A DNA stretch of 40,593 nucleotides from positions 1-40,593 of the IMG/VR virus record IMGVR_UViG_3300049173_000095; one strand, written 5' to 3'. The notes under the pieces are model-generated. The model saw nothing but the letters and a program-made list of their open reading frames with translations, was not told the DNA's origin and did not search any database. This DNA is from a virus. Its lineage: Duplodnaviria; Caudoviricetes. Below are positions 26,332-33,486 of the stretch, piece by piece; position 1 is the stretch's first letter, and every line of letters begins with the position of its first letter. Both the position numbers and the translations under genes were made by a program.

Positions 26332-27255
26332 GACCCTCGTGGCGCCGCGACCCCCGAGGCGCCGCGGGCAGGCCGGCCGCCGCACACCGCGGCGGCGGCC
26401 GGCCAGCACCGCCCGTGTAATCCATAACGCGCGGAGGCAGGACCGCCGAACTTGAGAGTGGCTGACTCCGGGATAGACCATCACGATCATTACACGGCTA
26501 TTAGGCGAGGACAGCGGCTCTGCCGCACAGATCTGCACCCAGCACGGCCCGAGGGTGGGGTGGAGGAGGGGGCGCTCCTGCCCGTCGGGATGAACCTGAG
26601 CGGTTACACGTTCTTCGTAGAGGCGCCCGCATTCAGGGTCGGCTATGACGTCGCGTTCGATGCGGGCCAGGACGGCATCGTGGGGTAGGGCGGCCCGCGC
26701 CGCGCGTAGTTGAGGCAGAACGTAGGGGGCCCAGGCCGTCTCCCAGTTGGTCAGGGCATGCCGTCCCTCGGCGGAGAACAGCATCCAGTCCAGCATGTTG
26801 CGGGGTGGCGCCGTGTGGGGGAAGAGGCCGGCGAACGGGGCGTTATGCGCAAGGAGGTTGTACGACTGGTCCGTTACGTAGGCCATGTGCGTGATGCCAG
26901 CGATAGCGTCTCTCCACATGCCGGGGACCTCTTGGCCGGAACGTGGGTGCAGGGGAGCTGGTGGGTCCTCTCCCCGCGCGTAGCGGCAGAGGGCTACCCA
27001 TTCCTGCTCGGTGAAGCGGAGCACGCCAGCGACACTGCGTAGGTAATCGAACCCTGGGCTTTTGGTTTTCCCCTTGACGAGCTTGTTGTAAGTGCCGCGG
27101 ACTCGCAACGTGACCAGGTCGACCTGCTCCTGGCTGAGCCCCCGGCCGCGGGCACGCCGGCCTTGGCCTTCCGTGCGCCGGAGGCCAGGGACGGTTCCCG
27201 GGTCAATGAGTGCGCGACGGCTTTCAAGGAGGGCCGCCAGTGCCTCAGTATCCAA
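26200..27255 (-). CDS. MmyB-family transcriptional regulator (XRE HTH plus PAS-like ligand-binding domain) with apparent C-terminal extension
   Basis: LL..RRA.IDP...G.RRA.GLSQEQV, AYVTD..YNLLAHN..F..LF, RNMLDWML, NWE..WA; TTA codon at 26425-26427 at the start of a low-complexity tail. Confidence 0.85.
   Translation of the reverse strand: MDTEALAALLESRRALIDPGTVPGLRRTEGQGRRARGRGLSQEQVDLVTLRVRGTYNKLVKGKTKSPGFDYLRSVAGVLRFTEQEWVALCRYARGEDPPAPLHPRSGQEVPGMWRDAIAGITHMAYVTDQSYNLLAHNAPFAGLFPHTAPPRNMLDWMLFSAEGRHALTNWETAWAPYVLPQLRAARAALPHDAVLARIERDVIADPECGRLYEERVTAQVHPDGQERPLLHPTLGPCWVQICAAEPLSSPNSRVMIVMVYPGVSHSQVRRSCLRALWITRAVLAGRRRGVRRPACPRRLGGRGATRVSGVGASNVGGSDGRSRTRGGRGRHGLVIGVAARAAAAQVAVIF
26332..26405 (+). 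repeat. Double-hairpin repeat, copy 2
   Basis: Stem A CTCGTGGCGCC/GGCGCCGCGGG; stem B GGCCGGCCGCCGC/GCGGCGGCCGGCC; core 26351-26384 is 32/34 identical to copy 1. Confidence 0.75.
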
Positions 27256-27482
27256 ATCCCCACCCCACTACCGCGCTGCGCGCTCTCTGACGAGTAGCTT
27301 TCGTGGGGGGATTTTTCCGGTGAAAAGTTGGCGGATGTATCCCCACGAAGAGTCGCGCATGCTGTGACCAGTTCCGACGACGGCATATGCCAGCGAGTCA
27401 CTACCAGTATCAGCACAACTACTCGAAGGCAATCTCTTTCGAAGCGGGAAGGCGGGTGTCAGCTGGATCGGCTCGCGCAGCC

Positions 27483-27643
27483 CCTCTGCGGGTCATGCTG
27501 GCGCGGGTTCAGACCTGTCGGGCGTCGCAGCGTCGGCGGCACCTTCGCTACTGCCCGACAGAGGCGGTCCCCTCCCCTGGGAGGGGACCGCCCGCTTTGC
27601 GCGGGGAGAGACTGGCCCAGCGCGCGCCGGATGACCTGCGAGG
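27483..27643 (+). ncRNA. Candidate branched structured RNA/DNA element
   Basis: Closing stem 27483-27505/27623-27643 (about 21 bp, G-U pairs on + strand); stem 27515-23/27553-61; perfect 14-bp inverted repeat 27563-76/27579-92. Confidence 0.4.
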
Positions 27644-27648
27644 ACAGC

Positions 27649-27674
27649 AGATCATTTGGGAGTCATTCGGGAGA
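27649..27674 (+). repeat. Integrase arm-type site cluster (left of core)
   Basis: AGATCATTTGGGAGTCATTCGGGAGA, 23/26 identical to 27911-27936. Confidence 0.75.
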
Positions 27675-27739
27675 CGGGGTCACGAGTTCAGACCGTGCCA
27701 GAACGTTGGAGACCGTGCCCAGAACGGGAAGCATGACAG

Positions 27740-27774
27740 AGGCCCAGGCCAGAGAAAGACTCTGACCTGGGCCT
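27740..27774 (-). terminator. Hairpin downstream of tRNA 3' segment (terminator for reconstituted tRNA and integrase)
   Basis: AGGCCCAGGCCAGAG/CTCTGACCTGGGCCT 15-bp stem, fully paired with one G-U on the minus strand. Confidence 0.7.
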
Positions 27775-27800
27775 TATCGCGTTCGGCGCTGGTGGCACCT

Positions 27801-27850
27801 GTGGGCACAGACGGATTTGAACCGCCGACATCTGCTTTGTAAGAGCAGGT
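27801..27850 (-). mobile_element. attP: attP core: 3' half of tRNA-Val(TAC)
   Basis: Minus strand CTGCT-CTTACAA-AGCAG anticodon arm, GGCGG-TTCAAAT-CCGTC T arm, TGTGCCCAC acceptor 3' strand; no 5' half; adjacent to integrase stop. Confidence 0.88.
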
Positions 27851-27884
27851 GTATCGACCGCTTCCCGATCTCTCGACCTGGGGG

Positions 27885-29243
27885 CTAAGCCGCGCGCTCA
27901 CCGCTCGCAGAGATCATCTGGGAGATATTCGGGAGATCATCTCCGGAAGCTCGCCGCTTCACCAGATCCACCCGGCCCCACAGGGTCCGCAGGCCTACGT
28001 TACGCATCGCGCGCTGGAAAATCTCCTCCAGCCCGTCCAGGCGATCCTGCCGCATTGCCGGCGTCGGATGCTGGTAGACCGCCTTGATACCCGGGCGCTT
28101 ATGGCCGGCCTGCTCGAAGGCCAGCGCCGGCTTGACGCCGATCTGCTCCTGCAGCGTGTCGTGTGTGTGGCGCGTGGCCCGCATCGTCATCCCCGGCATG
28201 ATCGGCGCCCACGCCTCCCGCGCAGCGTGCCCCTTGCTCTTCGGCAACGCGGCGCGTCCGTCGGCAGCCGGCCTCAGCACGCTGCGACCGAAGTTGCTGC
28301 GCCGCCACAGCTTCCCCGTGGGAGTGCAGAAGACGTGCGGCCATGGCCAGTCCGCGAGGTGGTAGCGGAGGAGCAGCGCGAGAAACGGCGGCACATCCAC
28401 GTCCCGGGCCCGCCCCTCGTTCTTCGGCGGCTCCAACTGATGCACCAACCCGATCCGTTTGCCGTTCTCGTCGCGAGCAACGTATTCGGCCAGCTCTCCT
28501 ACGTCCGGGTCGACTCGGACGATCGGGCAGGTGAACACTCCGCCGTCATGTGGCTGCCGACGCACCAGCAGCGTGTTGTCCCGGTGCAGGGCGGCGCTCT
28601 CCCCCCAGCCCAGCCCGGTAAACGCGGTCGTGAGCACGTGCAACCCGTTGACAGGCCCAAGGCGTTCGGCCACCTGGACCACGACTTCGGGGGGCGCCCA
28701 TTGCTCTTCGGTCGACTTCTTGGCCTTGACCGGTCGGACCCCTACCGCGGTTGCGGTGGCGCGGGTGCGGCGTCGGCCTGCAAGCGGGTTCACAATGACG
28801 TGCTGGGCGTCCACGGCTCCAGTGAGGATGGAGGACATCAGGCTGACGCAGTGTCCGGCGGTGACGTCGTCGCACTGCAGCCCCTGTTGCCACGTGTCGA
28901 CGTCGAACCACGTGATCGACTGGAGCGGGACGTGCTCCCACTTCGGGAAGATGTGCTGATCCAGCATGTTCCACCGCTTGTCCACGGTGGCGCCACGCTT
29001 CGGTTTCGCCTTCATCCACTCCCGGGCCCATACACCGAAGTGCTTGCGCTGCAGGTCGGGGTCGATCCAGCGGCCGGACCGGATCGCGGCCTCCTGCTCG
29101 TCACCCCAATTCTCCGCCGTTTTCTTCGTCGGGAACCCGGGCTCGCTCCCCCAGGTCCCGTCCGGCTTTTTATACCGGGCACGCCAGGAGACCTTGCCCT
29201 TACTGCCCTTGGCCGTGCTGACGCGCTTTTCCGCGTAGGCCAT
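27885..29243 (-). CDS. int: Tyrosine integrase (atypical catalytic motifs)
   Basis: N-terminal arm-binding WRARY..PDG..GF.TKK.A; TGLGWGE, PPKN, MRATRHT, AGH, VYQH; next to tRNA-derived attP. Confidence 0.92.
   Translation of the reverse strand: MAYAEKRVSTAKGSKGKVSWRARYKKPDGTWGSEPGFPTKKTAENWGDEQEAAIRSGRWIDPDLQRKHFGVWAREWMKAKPKRGATVDKRWNMLDQHIFPKWEHVPLQSITWFDVDTWQQGLQCDDVTAGHCVSLMSSILTGAVDAQHVIVNPLAGRRRTRATATAVGVRPVKAKKSTEEQWAPPEVVVQVAERLGPVNGLHVLTTAFTGLGWGESAALHRDNTLLVRRQPHDGGVFTCPIVRVDPDVGELAEYVARDENGKRIGLVHQLEPPKNEGRARDVDVPPFLALLLRYHLADWPWPHVFCTPTGKLWRRSNFGRSVLRPAADGRAALPKSKGHAAREAWAPIMPGMTMRATRHTHDTLQEQIGVKPALAFEQAGHKRPGIKAVYQHPTPAMRQDRLDGLEEIFQRAMRNVGLRTLWGRVDLVKRRASGDDLPNISQMISASGERAA
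27911..27940 (+). repeat. Integrase arm-type site cluster (right of core, inside integrase 3' end)
   Basis: AGATCATCTGGGAGATATTCGGGAGATCAT; direct repeat of 27649-27674. Confidence 0.75.
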
Positions 29244-29261
29244 GACCCACCCCTCTGCCAG

Positions 29262-29441
29262 CTACTGTCCGGGGGCAGCACGCCAGTTGGGCACTATGAC
29301 GCACTCAGTTCCCGGGATCTTCCCGTCGAGCCAGTTCAGTACCTGCTCGGCGATGTACAGCACCCACACTCCACCCCGCTGGACGAGCCACGCGCAGACG
29401 TCGAGGGGCATGCTCTTGACGCATCGAACTTCTACCCGCAC
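29262..29441 (-). CDS. 59-aa hypothetical protein between repressor and integrase, not in ORF track
   Basis: GAAGGAG/GGGGGA RBS before GTG; MRVEVRCVKSMPLDVCAWLVQRGGVWVLYIAEQ...RAAPGQ; TAG at 29262-29264. Confidence 0.6.
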   Translation of the reverse strand: MRVEVRCVKSMPLDVCAWLVQRGGVWVLYIAEQVLNWLDGKIPGTECVIVPNWRAAPGQ

Positions 29442-29540
29442 CGGTCCCCCACTCCTTCAACCGAGGCGGCGGCACCTTCGTAACTGGTTGACCATGCAAC
29501 CACACGGAGCGTGCGCAAGTGGAGGGGACTGCGCAACTTT

Positions 29541-30071
29541 TCAGTCCTGATCGGTCGTGTTGGTGCTGTCCGTGCGCCTGAGTTTGAGTTCGGTCTCTTC
29601 CCATCGCAGCAACGCGCGCTTCAGCTGCTCGGGGGTTGCGCCGTTGCGCCCCTTCACGATGACGACCATCTGCCCTTCCGGGCCGTCATCGTCGCTAGGC
29701 AAGTTGATCACCGCGGTATCGATCAGCGGCCCTTCGCGCAGCGCGGCCTGGATCCTCAGCGGCAGTTCCTCTGGGACCGTCACGGCGATGTTCTCGGCGG
29801 CGGCAGCGTCACGCACTTCCGCGTCGTGAGGCGTCAACGATTCGGTCGGTGACCCGCCGGCCAAGACCGCATCCACAGACCCGTCGTCCCAGCCGACAGT
29901 GCGGGCGTAGGCGCGAACGGTGGGGGTGACGCGGGAGATGTCGCCGTTTTCGATGTTGCGCATAGTGCCGCGCTTGACGCCGATCGACTCGGCGACGGCG
30001 GCCTGCTGAAGGCCCCGCGCCTCTCGGGCGGCCTTCAGTGCCGCGCCGAGCCGTGTCCAGTCTCGCTCCAT
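29541..30071 (-). CDS. Immunity repressor (XRE HTH)
   Basis: LGAALKAAREARGLQQAAVAESIGVKRGTMRNIENG; divergent from Cro-like gene; probable -10 CATGAT just upstream (leaderless). Confidence 0.88.
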   Translation of the reverse strand: MERDWTRLGAALKAAREARGLQQAAVAESIGVKRGTMRNIENGDISRVTPTVRAYARTVGWDDGSVDAVLAGGSPTESLTPHDAEVRDAAAAENIAVTVPEELPLRIQAALREGPLIDTAVINLPSDDDGPEGQMVVIVKGRNGATPEQLKRALLRWEETELKLRRTDSTNTTDQD

Positions 30072-30216
30072 GGCTACTCATCATGCCCTATTGCTGTGCA
30101 ACCCCATAGCCCACTCTGAGCCTTTTGACCAGCAATTACCGAGCGTGCGGGGCGCATGGCGGTTGCATTCCGCGCGCCAGGGGCGCACGCGCAAGAGACC
30201 TGACACCCCATGCCAT

Positions 30217-30340
30217 GTTCAGAAACTGAGCATCAAACGGGCCAGACCGCTTGCAGAACGTGTAGTCCAATGCTTAATCTCTGAGCGTGACACCGAACGG
30301 CAGCGCCATAAGGGCGATCCGCGAGGCTCAGAACCTGAGC
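30217..30340. promoter_or_regulatory. Three palindromic operators GCTCAG-N3-CTGAGC
   Basis: GTTCAGaaaCTGAGC 30217-31; GCTTAAtctCTGAGC 30272-86; GCTCAGaacCTGAGC 30326-40. Confidence 0.75.
30251..30280 (+). promoter_or_regulatory. Early lytic promoter (leaderless cro-like mRNA)
   Basis: TTGCAG-N18-TAATCT ending 6 nt before GTG 30287. Confidence 0.7.
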
Positions 30341-30496
30341 ATCCGCGCACTCTCTAACCGAACGGGCCTCAATCGCGGCTACCTCTCGCGCCTGGAGCGC
30401 GGGCTGATCCGGGACCCGGCCCACGAGCGGGTGGAGGCAATCGCACAGGCCATGCGCGTGCCGACTGACGCCATCACGCACAAGGAGACGACGTGA
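30287..30496 (+). CDS. Cro-like XRE HTH protein
   Basis: IRAIREAQNLSIRALSNRTGLNRGYLSRLERG; divergent from repressor. Confidence 0.88.
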   Translation: MTPNGSAIRAIREAQNLSIRALSNRTGLNRGYLSRLERGLIRDPAHERVEAIAQAMRVPTDAITHKETT

Positions 30497-30777
30497 CGAC
30501 CACAACGGCCACGAGAAAGAGGCGCCCCACCGCCCCCCGTGGCGGTGCCGCCCCCGTCGTAGATCCACTTGCCGAGCTGAAGCACTACACGCCCGAAGAG
30601 GTCTACGAGATGGGCCTGTTGCCCATCAAGCCCCGGACTCTCCGTGACAAGGCGAGCGCGCGGCAGATCCCCCACAGCAACGCCGGTGGCCGAATCAGCT
30701 TCCTTCCGCGCCACATCCGCGAGATCGCCGCCATGTACGAGGTCCGGCCGATCAGCGAGACGAAGCCGGCCGCCTGA
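30493..30777 (+). CDS. Excisionase-like winged HTH protein
   Basis: HYTPEEV...RTLRDKA..RQIPH..GGRISF...I MerR/Xis-like pattern; AAGGAG RBS. Confidence 0.7.
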   Translation: MTTTTATRKRRPTAPRGGAAPVVDPLAELKHYTPEEVYEMGLLPIKPRTLRDKASARQIPHSNAGGRISFLPRHIREIAAMYEVRPISETKPAA

Positions 30778-30874
30778 ACTTCCGCACTCCTGACGCGAGT
30801 CGGGGCCGCAACCGGCTGGTACCCGGCGCGACCCCTGAACGGCTCGCCTCACCACTGAAGAAATGAGGCTCCCC

Positions 30875-31225
30875 GTGAGCACCGACTTTACCTCTCCTAC
30901 TGCTCTGGCTGACGTCCAGCGCCGCGGGTACCTGGCCGCCTTGTCGGTGGCCGAGCAGGTCATCAGCATCTGCCCGCAGCTTCCGCACTCCGTCGAGATC
31001 GATTGCGCGTCGTTCGCGCCGAACGCCGCAGTCCGCCTGTACTTCCATCGCTCCGAGGCGGGCGTGGCCGCGCTGGCCCGTGAGCTGGCCGTGCCGACGT
31101 CGACCCGTCCGCACCGCGATGCCAATCCGGCCCCGTACACCTCGCTGAACACGACCGTGGCTGGCATCCCGGTCGAGGCCTGGACGCTGGGCGAGGCCCC
31201 GGCGGACGCCGAGGTGACGGCATGA
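30875..31225 (+). CDS. Hypothetical protein
   Basis: GAGG RBS before GTG 30875 (alternative ATG 30863); ATGA overlap with next gene. Confidence 0.65.
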   Translation: MSTDFTSPTALADVQRRGYLAALSVAEQVISICPQLPHSVEIDCASFAPNAAVRLYFHRSEAGVAALARELAVPTSTRPHRDANPAPYTSLNTTVAGIPVEAWTLGEAPADAEVTA

Positions 31226-31884
31226 CGATCTCGCCTCTCGCTGCCGCCGCCCTCCGCGTGATCAACGCGGCGTGGGTGAACGGCACTTCGTACGACCTCG
31301 CCAGCCAGGCCGCGTACGCCCTGGAAGCCGCGCAGATGCTCCAGTCGCGGGAGACCGCCGCCGAGTTGAGGGATCTGCGGGCCCGGGTCGCCGAGCTGGA
31401 GCAGCAGGCCGCTGGTGTCCGCGCGGTGCACACGAAGTACACCGGCTCCGAGCACTGCCAACACGACGGCGAGCAGTGGCCCTGCCGGAGCATGCAGGCC
31501 GTGGGGGCGCCTCCCGAGGAGTACCTGCCTGCGCTGCCGTGGGCCCGGCTGATGGACGACGAGGACCGCGCGGACTTCCTGGACGAGCTGGCTGCGGCCG
31601 CTATCACGAACGCGGACAGCAGCACGGCCCTGGCAGAGGTCGAGGACACGTGCGGTCGGTGGCGGGCGATCGCCGAGGCACAGCACGCGCACAACACCGC
31701 GCCGGGCCCGGGCGCGCAGGAGCCGGAGCACCCGGCGCCGTGCCGGTGGCCGTCCTCCCCGGGCTGCACCTGTGTCGGCCCGGTGCCGTACGCGCTGACG
31801 CAGCAGGCCACCCGGGAGCTCGCTCGGCCGGCCATCGAGAAGCTGCAGAGCGTGCTCGCGCCGAGCCCGACGGCGGGTGCGTGA
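31222..31884 (+). CDS. Hypothetical protein with small C/H motifs
   Basis: Coupled ORF; HCQHDGEQWPC motif; GC-rich third positions. Confidence 0.7.
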   Translation: MTISPLAAAALRVINAAWVNGTSYDLASQAAYALEAAQMLQSRETAAELRDLRARVAELEQQAAGVRAVHTKYTGSEHCQHDGEQWPCRSMQAVGAPPEEYLPALPWARLMDDEDRADFLDELAAAAITNADSSTALAEVEDTCGRWRAIAEAQHAHNTAPGPGAQEPEHPAPCRWPSSPGCTCVGPVPYALTQQATRELARPAIEKLQSVLAPSPTAGA

Positions 31885-32252
31885 TGAGGCACATCAAGGC
31901 CCGCCGCAACCGGCGGGGGCTCGTCGAGATCGACGTCACCCGGGATGCCGAAGGCCTGCTGGACCGGCTCGCCGTGCTCCACTCCAGCAACCCGGACCTG
32001 GTCGACGATCTGCTGCTGGAGCTGGGCACCGCGCTCCAGTTCAGGGAGAAGGCCCGGTCCGAGGGCGACGACCGTTTGCGGACGCTCGCCGCGGCTCAGG
32101 CCGACGCGGCCCGGGATCAACTCACCGCCTACATGGCCGCGGACAACCCGCCGCCGGTGGCGGCTGAGCTGTCCCGGCAGGAAGCGGTCGAGCTGGCCGC
32201 CGAGCTGCACGACGCGGCCGGGGTGGCTCGGCAGATCCGAGGTGCCGCGTGA
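31884..32252 (+). CDS. Hypothetical protein
   Basis: TGATG coupling; helical protein starting MRHIKARRNRRG. Confidence 0.65.
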   Translation: MRHIKARRNRRGLVEIDVTRDAEGLLDRLAVLHSSNPDLVDDLLLELGTALQFREKARSEGDDRLRTLAAAQADAARDQLTAYMAADNPPPVAAELSRQEAVELAAELHDAAGVARQIRGAA

Positions 32253-32431
32253 CCGCGATTGGCATCAGCACGCAGGCGAGGCGTCCGCGTGGCCACTCTG
32301 TCCCGCTTCGTGACAACACCCCCGCGGTGCGGGACGCCGCCCGACGACTCGTCGAGCGACTCGCCGCAGACCGTGCGGACGGGGCCGAACTCCTCGATGC
32401 GCTCGGCCTGAACGAAGAGGAGCCCTCATGA
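32249..32431 (+). CDS. Hypothetical protein
   Basis: GTGA/ATGA overlaps on both sides; GAGG RBS. Confidence 0.6.
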   Translation: MTAIGISTQARRPRGHSVPLRDNTPAVRDAARRLVERLAADRADGAELLDALGLNEEEPS

Positions 32432-32658
32432 GCCTCGCCGACGTCTCCCGCCGCCTCATCCTCGCCGACGCCGTCCGAGCCGAGGGCGGTGAGTGGACCA
32501 CGAAGCGCGTGGCCCGCACGTACCGCGCTGTCGGCCTGGACGTGCCGCTGCGCAAGGTCTGGCGCGACGACCTTGCACGCCTCGCCCACGACGGCGTCCT
32601 CACCCGCCACGACGCCCCGAACCGCCGCTTCTACACCCGCAAGGACGATGCCCGATGA
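32428..32658 (+). CDS. Small winged-helix-like hypothetical protein
   Basis: GAGGAG RBS; GEWTTKRV...RDDLARLAHDGVL...RRFY. Confidence 0.65.
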   Translation: MSLADVSRRLILADAVRAEGGEWTTKRVARTYRAVGLDVPLRKVWRDDLARLAHDGVLTRHDAPNRRFYTRKDDAR

Positions 32659-33089
32659 CCACGACCGTTTCTCTGACCGTCGCCGACCTGGCCAGCCTCG
32701 CCTTCACCAAGTGGGAGTCCGAGGGCGAAGCCAAGGGCGACGAGATGTTCGAGCAGCACCGCGAGGAATTCCTCACCTTCGCCCGCGCCAAGGCCCGCAG
32801 CGTCCTCGGCGAGGAGGCAGCCGCCCAGCTGGATTGGCAGTACGTCGGCACGCTCAATCTGCCGGCGGACACGGAGCAGGCTACGGCGAGCCTCGGGGAG
32901 GGCCGCGCCGAGTATCTGCAGTATCGCGTCGTCGACAGCGACGAGGTGACGTTCAACCTCGTGCAGCCGTGCGGCACGTGCGGGCACGACCAGATCAACG
33001 AGCTTCGCGACCTCACCCACCTCGGCGGTCTCCTCGAAACCGCCGCCGATCTTGCGAAGGCCGTGCAGGGCGGTGGCGACCGTGGCTGA
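32655..33089 (+). CDS. Hypothetical protein (CxxC)
   Basis: AAGGA RBS; ATGA overlap; PCGTCGH motif. Confidence 0.7.
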   Translation: MTTTVSLTVADLASLAFTKWESEGEAKGDEMFEQHREEFLTFARAKARSVLGEEAAAQLDWQYVGTLNLPADTEQATASLGEGRAEYLQYRVVDSDEVTFNLVQPCGTCGHDQINELRDLTHLGGLLETAADLAKAVQGGGDRG

Positions 33090-33486
33090 CCGCGTGAACC
33101 GCATCATCGCCGACGCGATGAACAAGGCCTACCTGCACCCGTGGGACGGCCAGGACAAGCACCCGGTGATCGTCGAGACGACCCAGCGGTATCTCGTCTG
33201 GGTCGAGGCCGACAACCTGAAGGAAGCCGTCGAGTGCCTCGGCGGCGACCCCGACTGGTACGAGGAGCTGACTCCCCAGAACGAGATCGATGGCGGCTAC
33301 GACTGGTCGGTGAGGGCGCCGGAGGGATGGGACTGGGATGGGGATGTCTATCCCTTCACTCGGGTTGAGGGCCCCCGTCAGGCGTGCACCGAGTGCGGGA
33401 CGGTCGCCCACGATGTCCGGTGGAAGCCCTGGCACAAGGAAGGCTGCTCCCGCTCTGGCGCCGCCCAGAAGGCGGTGACGGCATGA
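33082..33486 (+). CDS. Hypothetical protein (C-terminal CxxC...H...C)
   Basis: Coupled ORF; ACTECG...WHKEGCS. Confidence 0.65.
   Translation: MADRVNRIIADAMNKAYLHPWDGQDKHPVIVETTQRYLVWVEADNLKEAVECLGGDPDWYEELTPQNEIDGGYDWSVRAPEGWDWDGDVYPFTRVEGPRQACTECGTVAHDVRWKPWHKEGCSRSGAAQKAVTA

Noticed and set aside
26092-26405. CRISPR mini-array
   Set aside because: Only two copies, a 206-bp interval containing an ORF, and no cas genes.
27423-27443. Possible LexA (SOS) box TCGAA...TTCGA
   Set aside because: Spacing and half-sites do not fit the actinobacterial TCGAAC-N4-GTTCGA consensus.
27328-27842. ORFs 27328-27765 and 27387-27842
   Set aside because: They cross the structured element, arm sites and attP; Arg/Ser-rich products with no motif or RBS.
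27790-27875. Complete tRNA-Val gene
   Set aside because: Only the anticodon arm, T arm and 3' acceptor strand are present; there is no 5' acceptor strand or D arm, so it is an attP core.
27849-29483. 544-aa + strand ORF opposite the integrase
   Set aside because: Antisense shadow ORF typical of high-GC DNA; no recognisable motifs or RBS.
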